The position numbers were made by a program, and so were the translations under genes. The notes beneath the pieces are model-generated. The model was given only the letters and a program-made list of their open reading frames with translations. It searched no databases and had not been told where the DNA came from. From positions 19,530,001-19,594,000 of the forward strand of contig JBITNC010000001.1 in NCBI GenBank assembly GCA_050084985.1: a DNA stretch of 64,000 bases, read 5' to 3'. Shown piece after piece: positions 14,401 through 25,800 of this stretch; the stretch's first letter is position 1, and every line of letters starts with the position of its first letter. Source of the DNA: Nageia nagi. Its lineage: Eukaryota; Plantae; Pinophyta.

Positions 14401-16980
14401 AGATGCTTATAGGTGTGATGAATACACTCATAAAGATTGTATGAGCAAGGAGGATCCTTGTTCCTTTGAAGATCCTTTTGGAGGGTCTTATGAAGACTCA
14501 TGTGAAGAATTTAATGAGGTTAGTGTGGTTCATATTTGGATATATGTCTTATAAAGGCATAAATAATGAGAATAAAGAATTATTCCTTGAAGACGAAGAC
14601 ATGAATTTGATGTGGCCTTGTGAAGAGGCTTGTGCAACTCTCATGAAAGAGAGTAATGTGAATGAACTTCTTCTTGAAGAGAAGAGAGAAGAAGATGAAT
14701 AATATTTCATTGAAGGGATTGTGGATGAAGTATCATTATATGGGAATGATGATTGTGTTGAAGACCACTTAAGTGTAGATGATTGCTTTCTTACAAACCA
14801 CCATGATGAGGTGGAGCATGTTGGAGAGTGTCTCATGGAGGAGGCACCATATCAAAATTTTGTGGATTAATATCATGGATCACAAATCATTCTCATGGAA
14901 GATAATATTGAAGAAAAGGAGCATTTTTGGCTCCCTTATGATGAAGACCACTCATATAGAGTTGAAAAAATAAAGAGTGCTCCATGGAGGAGGCATATGA
15001 TGTTTTTCTTAAAGAGGAAATATGGGATAATGATCCAAGAGAGATAATTGATGAAGATGAGATGAAGGCTATTAACTTCATGCTCAAAGGAGAATACCAC
15101 TTATAAAGACTAGATAATGAAGATGACTATCTCAAGGGGAGATATAAAATAATGAGATAGCCATTTATGGACTTCATGGTAAAATGGAGACATCAAAAGA
15201 GCTTGAGAGTTGTCTTATAGAGGCAACAATGTGCAAAGAGGATCCATGGGAATTCCTTATCATGGATGAATGATTCCTTCAAAAGCACCATAAAAGGAAA
15301 TATTGTGGACATATAGTCACCAAAATATCATTGGAGGTGATGATTTCTTATTTTTTGGCTTATTTGCTAATGTTACTAATGAATATTTACTAATTAGATG
15401 TGTGAAGGATAGCTTGAAGGTTATTGAGAATGGAGGAGAATGTCTTATCAAGGCCTTGTTTGAAGATTGTATCATGGAGACAACATTTAAGGAGAGTCTT
15501 CCTTGGGAGAAGACAATTATGGATCACTTATTGCAAAATTCTCATTTGTTTGATGTTTGTAATGTATTAATTCCTTGGAAGGAATCATGTGAAGTACCAA
15601 TAGGAGTGATGATATGTGTGAGGAGCAACTCAAAGTTTCATATGTAATAAGATAATTTGTTGCTATTTATTATTTAAAAATGTGTTTAGAGAATTTTTAT
15701 AGAGTAGTATGGTACAATTATTATTGTGAGTTGATAAGAACATACTCATGTGGAGTATGGAAATATGATGTAAAAGCATGGTTTAAATGCCATCAAAGAG
15801 ATGAGAGAGAGTGGTTGACTAAGATCACATATGGAAATACTTTTGTTGAAAGGGGAGCTATTCAACAAAAGGAAGCACTCAATAGTTTGCATCAAGGAGG
15901 AGAAACATCAAAAATGGAGGAGATCCCACGTGGAGAGTGGAAGGAGTGCCAAATTCTATTTTATGTACTTTTTCGTTTTTATTTTGTATGATTGGAGGAA
16001 ATAAAAAATATTATGTTTCTTACAACTTTATGATGCTTAATAACTTTTGCATGAGTTACTTAGCATCAAAGGGGAGAATGTTGGAACTATTTCTAACATT
16101 ATTCCTAAGTCCTAAGTCATTAGATTAATTAATTAAGATAAATATTCCTAATTATAAACATTAGCATGTGAGGAATATTTGGTCAAGGTCAACCATATTC
16201 CATAGTTAGCTTATTTGTTATCCATAACCTAGGGACTATTTTTTAACATAAATAAACAATCCATAGTTGTACATGGATTATGAGGTTATAATGTGTAGGA
16301 TTAGTTTTGGCTATTACTCCTTGTATTTACGTGCGATAACTATTGTTGTGTTGTATCTGGTTGTTATTCCTTGTTTTTGTGTTTGATAACTATTGTTGTG
16401 TTGTAGCTTCGTACATGAAGCTATAAAGCCATGTAATTCCATTTAGTAATAGAGAATGTGCAAATTCACAAGGGGAAACAAAATGTAAAATATGAGAACT
16501 TGGGAAAAAATATGGGTTTCAAATATGTTATGCTTAAGAGAACCTATATTAGGTTCTATAAAAATAACTTCACTAAGCAAGATTTCTTGAGAGAGGAATA
16601 GTTACAAACTGAGGAGTAATAGAATGTAGCAAATATCTAGAATCACAATTTTGAATAACTCAAAGATGCAAAGGGATTAAGCTACTTTACAATTCTCTTC
16701 TATATTTTTTACCAAAATACACCTAGTTTTATTTCAAGAAGTGTGATGTTCGATGTATATTGATCATCTTGGAGTATTATTTTTAGCTAATTCCCTATCA
16801 ATGTAATGTGAAAAGTAATGTATTTTTGTGTATTGTAGTAGGAAAAGTGGGTTACTATAGACTCTTCTATAAGCCTATTATGTAATGAAAGCATAACTTC
16901 TTTGTTTAAGGTTTTGGAAGATCCTTAGAAACTTCCCATTTTTTTATTAATACGAAATTAACCCATTAATACAAAAAAAA
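11490..16980 (+). mobile_element. LINE-derived insertion (ORF1-like remnant and poly(A) tail) interrupting the Copia A integrase
   Basis: Integrase breaks after GAGAATCAAA (about 11488) and resumes at AATCAAAGTGAATGC (16981) right after an A-run; AATCAAA is duplicated; ORF1-like decayed coding sequence at 11500-13040; no ORF2 recognisable. Confidence 0.6.
13050..16470 (+). mobile_element. Non-autonomous copia-type LTR element D (gag N-terminus only)
   Basis: LTRs 13050-13447 and 16079-16470 (TG...CA); PBS TGGTATCAAGGC at 13451; PPT AAAGGGGAGAA at 16068; flanks GGGGG/AGGGG; MKTFLMDKELWEIIEYGYEEP gag start; no pol motifs. Confidence 0.9.
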
Positions 16981-18960
16981 AATCAAAGTGAATGCAAAGT
17001 AAAGTGTTTATGGATAGATAGGGGAGTAGATTTTTGCTCTAATGAATTTTTGATATTTTTTTAGGATTGTAGAATAAAAAGGTAACTCACAACAACCTAT
17101 ACTCAATAAAAAAATGGTGTTGTGGAAAGGAAACTAGCACCATTGTTGGAATGGTAAGGAGCATGCTAGAAACCAAGGGTTTGAGTAATCAATATTGGGT
17201 TTATGTGGTAAGGATAGTCGTATACATTCTCAATAAGATTCCAAACTCAATCTTGGAAGGTATCACTCCTTATAAAGAAAGGTATGGCAAAAAACCAAAT
17301 GCAAGGCATTTTAGAGTTTTTGGATGTTTAGCAATGTACATGTATGGTGAACTTCAAGAGGTAGTTAAAAAAATTGAGAATTTGAACATGTATGGTGATT
17401 AAGATGATCATACTCCCAAAGGTGATATTGTAAACTATGCTTTCATGACTAGTGTAGAGGTTGAACCTTATATTCATGAACAAGCATTTACTAATCATTT
17501 TTGTATGAAGGCCATGTAAGAAGAAATCTATTTCATAAAGAAAAATGATACATGGGAGCATTTTGGGCTTCCAAAAGATAAGAAGATTGTTGGTTGTAAA
17601 TGGGTACTCAATACCAAATGCAATAGTGATGAAACCATATAAATGCACAAGGATTATATATTTAATTTATGGTATTGATTATGAAGAGACCTTTGCACCT
17701 ATATCAAGGAAAGAAACCATTATATTGGTTCTTTCACTAGTTGTCTACAAAGGCTAGAAAGTGATGAATATGAATGTGAAAAGTGCATTTCCTAATGGGT
17801 ATTTGTATGAAGAAATTTATGTTGAACACCTTAAGGCTTTGTAATCCAAAGAAAGAAACATCTTGTATACAAATTGAATAAGGCCTTGTATGGCCTCAAA
17901 CAAGCTCCAAGAGCTTGGTACTCAAGGATTGATGGTTACTTCTATCAATATGGATTCAAAAGGAGCAAGAGTGAGCCTACTCTCTACATCATGAAGAAAG
18001 GTAATGATCTCCTACTTTTTTTCTTGTATGTTTATGATCTTATCTATATGGGGAGTAATCCAAGATGAATGGTGATTTCAAGAGTTATATGATCCATGAG
18101 TTTGAAATGAAGGAATTGGGCCTTATACATTACTTCCTAGGGATGGAAGTTTACCAACAAGATGATGAGATCTTCATGTGACAAACCAAATATACCCAAG
18201 ACATGCTAAAAAAATATGGTATGAATGATTGCAAATCACTACCAACACTAATATCTCATGGAGAGTTATTGAGTAGAGATGATGGCACACCAAAAGTTGA
18301 TGGGACCAACTATAGGAGAATTATGGGAAGCTTATTATTTCTCACCAACATAAGACTTGATATTGCACATGTTATGTCACTTATTTCAAGATACATGAGT
18401 GATCTTTCAAAGGCTCACATGAAGGCTACAAAAATAATCGTAAGGCATGTAAAAGTAACAGTTGATTTTGGGATTCATTAAGTCAAAATGGATGATGTAA
18501 AGCTTGAAGGCTTTAGTGATAGTGATTGGGGTAGTAACCTTGATGATATGAAATCTACATTAGGATATTGCTTAACACTTGGATTGGAATTTATGACATG
18601 GATTTCAAATAAAAATACCATGATGGATCTTTCATCTACTGAAGTAGAATGCATAGCACTTACTAGTGTTAGTACTCAAGCCTTATGGCTAAGGAAAGTT
18701 CTAAAGGACCTTGATGCAACACAAACTAGTTCTAATCCATTTCATTATGAAAATCAAAGTGCCATTCAATTGGAACTAAATCCTATCCACCATAGTTTCT
18801 CAAAAAATTTGATATGAAGTATCACTTCATAAGAGATACGGTGGAAAAACAAATTATTGAGATAAGGAATTGTAACACCTTGGATAATATTTTTGATATT
18901 TTTATTAAGGGAGTTGCCAAATCTCAGTTTCTAAAGCTAAGGAGTTTTTTGGTGAGTCCC
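16981..18960 (+). pseudogene. Copia A integrase core, reverse transcriptase and RNase H (disrupted)
   Basis: MVRSML, GIDYEETFAP, KALYGLKQAPRAWY, GFSDSDWG, KYHFIRD motifs in ORF track fragments. Confidence 0.93.
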
Positions 18961-20489
18961 ATTAGCATCAAGGGGGATAATGTTAGAGTTTCAGTCCATT
19001 CCATGCTTCATATCTCTAAAAATTTGACTCTCTATTCACAACTGATCAGGATAGGTCTGACCAACTCAACCGATCAACTAGTTAGTACTGCATAATCAAC
19101 CAACTAGTTCATAGAGTACATATAGTATACCAATCTAGCTAACCAATCTGCAACATACCAATCCATATTATGTCATCATATTTAGATAGTTTATTCATTT
19201 TTAGTTATGTTTGATATTGTGTTAAGTTTAGATGGTTGTTACACTTTGTAGGGATGTTGATCCTATGTTTAGACTATTCTATATAGGTTTGAGAGTCTAT
19301 TTGAGTGTGCTTTATTGGATCTTGATCAGATTATAATAATGGTTAAGCATATCTTCTCAACCACTCTCATCTATATTGAGCTCATTCCTTGATCTATATA
19401 TACTTGTAAGCATTTCATTTTCAGTAATGGGAATTGTCTCATAAATAACTTCTTGATAAACTATTGCTCTTGATAAGCACATGACCTAAGCTCTCCAAGA
19501 TCACCAACATAAAAAATAAATAAATAATTAATATACTATAATTTGATTGATAAATGCTAAGTCTTATTATGTTATGATTTTTTCAAATTGGTAAACCCTT
19601 TTTTCAACTTCATATAAGGGTACTTAAACTTATTTTACATCTTCTACCACATATGTGTGGTGAGATTTGAACTTGGGTGTCCTATAGAACATTCCCATTA
19701 CTTCACTAACTCCCCTAACATGGGTGAACTATTGTGTTATGATTTTGAATTATTAAAATAAATATTTTGTTATATCATTATTATTATTATTATTCAAAAA
19801 TGATATGCAATATTATTTTTAGCATAAATTTATCTTCTCTCTCTTTGTGTATGTTTTAGGCTACTTAACGCAGATTCAAAAAGGTCTTTAAGAGAGAGAA
19901 ATATGTGATGTTGAATGGAAATTATGGCAACTAATGAGTATAGCCTAAAACAAAGCTTATCAAAAAAATACCAATGACAAGCATTAAGATAAAACTTATA
20001 TTGGATTTCCTTCTTCATGTCGTGGTGTTCATGAAATTGTATCACTAAACATCTATTTGTCATAATAAATTTTAATCCTACATGGTGTACATAATTAAGG
20101 TCAAAGGAAAACCATAATAATTTATATGTTTGAAACATATATCATTTTACCTAAAACTTATAAATCAAAATTATAAATCAATAATATTAAGTTAGTGGAT
20201 TTTCTTTAAAACAAAAATTTAATAGAATACCACAACTTAATTTAGCCCTTTAAATATTTATTTAGAAATAAATAAATCCAAGGTATGAAAAAAAAAATGT
20301 TAACTCTTTTTAACTATTATATTTTATTTTAAATTTCAAAAGATTTTGTTTTAACTTATGGAAAATTACCATAGTTTAAACAAGATAATCCTCTTGGAAA
20401 ACCTAGCACCACAATGTAGGAGTAATATTTTTTCACATACATAAAAATAGTTTTTAAAATGTATAAAATAATAAGGACTCCTCTATCAT

Positions 20490-21075
20490 CATGAGGTACA
20501 TATTACATCAAATTAACCTTCAATTGCAAGAACATATAACAATGGTACCAAAAAAGCTCTGATGAAAGTGATTTTTTTGATCCAATCCAAGTTTTTTTCA
20601 AGGAAGCCAAGTAGATTTCCTTCTTGGTACTTTTGTTGATATCTCTAATAGAAAGATTAGAGGTCTTGTTTGGGAGTTGAGAAGGAGGTAGCCACTTGAT
20701 ATTTAGGTCTATGGGTTGCATGAGAGAGGTGGATTTTGAGTATTAACAATAATGAATGCCTTTACAAACAAGTTGCATTAAGGATTTAAGTACTAAGTGA
20801 GGGTATCTCTATGAGTTAGGTTCATTTGAACTTATGTGTTGAATCATATTCATAAACCCAATAGCATGGAATACTATAAGAGCCAACATAGGGTATGTAT
20901 CAAATTCAACCAAAATGATGGAGTGGGGGACTGTTCTTTTGGCCCAAATGGATCTTGAGAGCATATTGACCAAAACCTTCTTGATGTGGGCCCAACAAAA
21001 GTATCTCAAGCGAGGTCCACAAAGTTCACATCCATAAAATTTGGTCAAAGTGAAAAGAGAATGGAAGAGTTTAAT
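20490..21075 (-). mobile_element. Possible LINE ORF2 C-terminal remnant
   Basis: Decayed minus-strand coding fragments (ORFs 20809..21084 and 20503..20721) loosely similar to the post-RT region of plant LINEs. Confidence 0.3.
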
Positions 21076-21599
21076 TATTTCCATAACATATTGAAACTAG
21101 AGTTGAAAATATTCTCTCAAGTGTGACAACTACAGCATAGCCTTTATTCAATATGTTATGAGAGGTTGATATAAAGCTAAGAGTAAAACCTATGAAGAAT
21201 AAAAAATATGGAATTTTATTTTTTTGTCTAAAATATATTTCCATTCTATGGACAAAATACCTCATAATCAACAATATTATTTTTTATATTATTCTTCTAG
21301 AAAAAACATATATGAAGTGAAAAGTATAACAAATGAACATTAAAAATCTTGGGATTCATATACACATGTTTTGAATGATGTTAATCAAATATTTTGATTG
21401 ATAATAATTAATGCAACCTGAAAGAAGACATTAAATTGATAAAGAATAGCCTTTGAAAATCAAAAATAGAAGCCATGCAAAGCATTTTAAATAAAAAATA
21501 AATAATGTATTTCAAATAAAGTTGAAATATTGAATATTAAGAAGATTTATAAAAGCAAACAACCAAGGGATAGTGAAATTGAAGTAAAATTAATTGTGA

Positions 21600-22822
21600 G
21601 AGAGATGGAAGAGATGTGCATAAGGACTAAATCAAAGGAAGATCAAAGAGAAACCCTAGTGTATGGACTTAAAGAGGGTGAGAATCCATGTAGGTTTCAA
21701 GAGAGGATAAAACTGAGGAGATGGAGGATCTCTTTTACCTTCAATCATCCTCCAAGGTTTGGCTTGAGGATGATCATCTCTAGCTTGACAGAGATAGCTT
21801 GCATCGCAATGAGTTGATCTTAAAAATATGGGGAATATGCCCTAGCATAGAGAAACTTTAAGAACTTGTCCATGATCAATGGTGCAAAATAGAAATTATG
21901 ATCTTGGCCCTAAATAATTTCTTCATTATGGACTTCCTAGATCATAAGGAAGGAGATAGAATTCTAGAAAATAAGCATAGTTGGTTCTTTGGGCAATGAG
22001 GCATCTTCATGCACCCTTGGAAGTTTGGTTTCAATCCACTTAGGAAGAAGTGGAAGGTTATCTTGTTTGGATTAGCTTGTACACTCTTCCTATAGAGCTA
22101 TGGGGGAAAAGTTCATTTAAAAAAATTGATAATGCAATCAAGCAATACTAGTTTATGGACAACCAAATTGAAGAAAACCTATTAAAATTCTAGAACATGA
22201 GTAACGATTGAATGGTGGTATGGAATAAAACATCCTCCCCTTGCTCCAAGTCCATAACGTTAGCTTCAAAATAGGGATAATGGATGTAAAATATCGAGTA
22301 CAAAAATTTATATCTTCATTATTTCGACTATCAATAGTATGGATGTTTGAGGAGTAATTGCCCAAGCAACTGGCCCCATCTAAAGAAAGCTGAGGAGGTC
22401 AAGAATACAAGAGAGAAAAAAAACCTAACCTATGGCAAAAAAAAACTTGAACTCAAGAAAGTATTTCTCAGGTTTGAAAATTATCGATCGTGTCAGAGAG
22501 GAGATGGATCCAAAACCTATCTCCTCAACATCCATACCGAAACCTGGGAAATGCATGTATAAATATTCATTGATAGCCCCTTTTAAGAAACATCCAAGGG
22601 CAAATAAAATAGAAAACATGGGCACTTGGCATTCCACATACCCAACTAATGGTTACCAATTATGTTAGGAAAGAGATGGAACAAATGATCCAACATGAGA
22701 AGAATATGATCTCCTCAATCAAAATTTGTCTCTCCTATGAAATTGGTGAATAGCACTCCTCTAGCAGACCCTTCAAGATCAAACAAAAATACTAGGGGAA
22801 AAACAACTTCTGAAAAAACTCC
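21600..22822 (+). mobile_element. LINE ORF1 remnant (DUF4283-like), interrupted by Gypsy E; likely continues at 28639-28750
   Basis: Conceptual translation ...MDFLDHKERDRILENKHSWFFGQ*GIFMHPWKFGFNPL...WISLYTLPIELWG, typical of plant L1 ORF1. Confidence 0.75.
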
Positions 22823-22827
22823 AAACT

Positions 22828-25800
22828 TATTAGGAACCTAGTAGTTGCAAATGGGGTTTTACCTCAAAACACCATAACAATACTAAAATGTGAAATACAG
22901 AAGGAAATTCATGAAATGGTAAAATGCCCACTAATTTGTACAGCAACAAAATAATGAAAATAACTCAAATTGATAAGATAATAGAATAGAGCACTTTATT
23001 GATATCAATACAAATCATAGATTGCTTATAGGGGGATTCCTCCTTACGACTCAAAAGACAAAATATTCTCCAAGATGCTCTCTTTACCCCTCTTACAATT
23101 ATTTACAATCCTCCTACCCCAATTAGTGGTTTACATTCAAAATGATGATTTGCCTTACAAAATATGATGGTTCACATTACAAACTGATTTAAGAAAATAA
23201 TAAAATTAACTAAAACATAAATAAGCCTAAGTAAATGTTAGGATATGGGATCCTAGCATGCCATCCCTCTCAAAAAATGGTTTTATCCTAAAAGTGGAAA
23301 TTATGAAACTCCTGTTGAAGCTCATGTGCTTCTTCCCATATTGCATCTTCAAGTTCTATCCCTCACCACTAAATCAAAACTTAGGTTATGGTGCGATGAC
23401 AAAGGTTGAGGATGCATTTATCCAAAAATACTTCAAGTTCAATCTTGATGGAGCCATCATCAATGAATTTTGGTAACTATGATTTAATCTTAACATGTGA
23501 CCCCAATACCTTTTTCAAACATGAAATATAGGATGAACCTTGGAGGACATTATTAACTCCAACTTATAAGCAATAGGTCCAATGCATTGGAGAACTTTTT
23601 AAGGGCTATAAAATTTTGGAGCCAATTTTTGAGGACCCTTAATCTTCAAATATTTATGTCTATATGCTTGAAGGTATAGGAATACCATGTCGCTTTCTTG
23701 AAATTCATGTTCCACATGATTCTAATCATCTTATTACTTCATGTGGTGTTGAGCATTCCATAAATTCTCCTGAAGAAGATGAAGAATATCTTCCTGAAAA
23801 TGTAAATCAGTATCAACTTCTTGGACCTTCATGCTATTAGGGATATATGTTGCCATTGTGGGTGGTGTTTAACCGTACCATGCTTCATATGGTGCCATCT
23901 GAATAGCTATATAGTATTAAGTGTTATACCATCATTCTATCAAAGGAAGTCATTTTACCCAATGAATTGGTTGTACTGATGCAAAATAATGCAAATAGGT
24001 TTCCAAGAACTTGTTAACAATTTCAAATTGTCCATCATTATAGGGATGATAGGTTGAACTCATTTTGAGTTGAGTTCCCTACAACTTGAAAAATTCTTAC
24101 CAGAATTTGCTAGTGAATGTAGGATCTCGATCACTAACTATGGTAGAGGGCATACCATGAAGCTTGAAAATATTATCAACAAAAAGATGGGCCATATTGA
24201 TAGCTTTAAATGGATGTGCTAAAGAGAAAAAATGTGCATACTTAGACAATTGATCAACTACCACCATAATAAAATATTTACCTTGAGACTTGGGGAGACC
24301 TTCAAGGAACTCCATCAAAATATTAGTCCAAGTGCAGCTTGGGATAGGTAAGGGTTGAAGTAAACTAGGAGTACCAATTGTTTCACCTTTCTATCACTAA
24401 CAAACATCACATTTAGTAACAAATTTCTTGATGCCCTATTTCATTTTATCACAATAAAAAGATCAAGCCACTCTTTTATAGGTTTTGAGAAACCCAAAGT
24501 GTTCTATTGATGGTACAACATGCAATTCCTGAAGCATTACTTCTTGGAAGGAAGAAGTGGATGGAAATACAATGCGACCTTTGACACGTAAAACTCCATC
24601 TTTCCAGGAGAAATTTGGTTTACTAGCAGGATTAGTTTGAAGTTGTTGAATTAATGCTTGAATTGAATCATCTCGAATCCATTCCTATTTCAGTTGCTCT
24701 AGCCACTAGGCAACTGGTAGTGAGATTGCTTGAAGTGTTGTAGGTTCCTCGAATTTGCGAGAGAGAGAATCCACAACCACTTTCTTTGAACCCTTTTGAT
24801 ACACTATTTCATAGTCATATCTGAATAATTTGGTCACCCACTTTTGTTGTTCAGTTATTGCAATTTAATGTTCCATAAAATACTTTGAACTATGGTGATC
24901 TGTGTATACAATGAAATGTTGACCAATAAGGTAGGGTCTTCATTTTTAAACTGCATGAATTATTACTAGCATCTCCTTTTCATAAGTAGATCTATCCAAA
25001 TTTCACTCTGATAATGCCTTGCTAGTTAAAGCCAAGGGTCTTCCCTCTTACATCAAAACTACACTCAATCCTACTTTAGAGGCATCACTCTCAATTAGAC
25101 ATGTTTTTGAAAAATATGGCATGGATAAAACAAGAGTAGAACACATTGCCTTCTTCAGTTTATAGAAAGATTCTTCAATAGCTATGACCAATTAAAAGCA
25201 TCATTTTTTAGTAATGATGTGAGTAGAGCTACAATATTCCCATAATTCTTTACAAATTTCTGGTCATGACCTATTAGGCCCAAAAATCCTCAAACCCCTA
25301 AGTGATTTTGGAATAGGCCAATCCTACATGTCTGCAATTTTATGTGGATCTACCTTGACTCCACCATCGAAAATGACATGCCCAAGTATTCAATCTCATG
25401 CAATCTAAAGGAACGCTTGGATTTCTTTGTATATAATTGGTGCTCTTGAAGTAATTGCAAAGTTTGATCTAAGTGTGCCAATTTATCCTCCCATGTCTTG
25501 TTGTAGATCAAAATATCATCAAAGAAAACTAAAAGAAATTTATGAAGATAAGGGCAAAATACCTAATTCATCAAACTTTGGAATGTTGATTGAGCATTAG
25601 CAAGGCCAAATGACATTACTAAAAATTCATGATGACCCTCATGTGTATGAAAAGTTATTTTTGGAATATCCTCTTCATGGAGTCGAATCTTATGATATCT
25701 TGATTGCAAATCTAGTGTCGAGAAATATTCGGCTCCATGTAGCTCATCCAATAGTTCATCAATGATGGGAATAGGAAATTTATCTTTCACAGTTACTATG

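Larger units (their letters stand above)
9206..19445 (+). mobile_element. Ty1/copia LTR retrotransposon A, full-length but degenerate, with nested insertions
   Basis: LTRs 9206-~9658 and 18981-~19445; PBS TGGTATCAAAGC at 9663 (tRNA-iMet type); PPT AAGGGGGATAA at 18970; TAACT at both flanks (right boundary uncertain by 4 nt); gag-PR-INT-RT-RH domain order. Confidence 0.92.
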
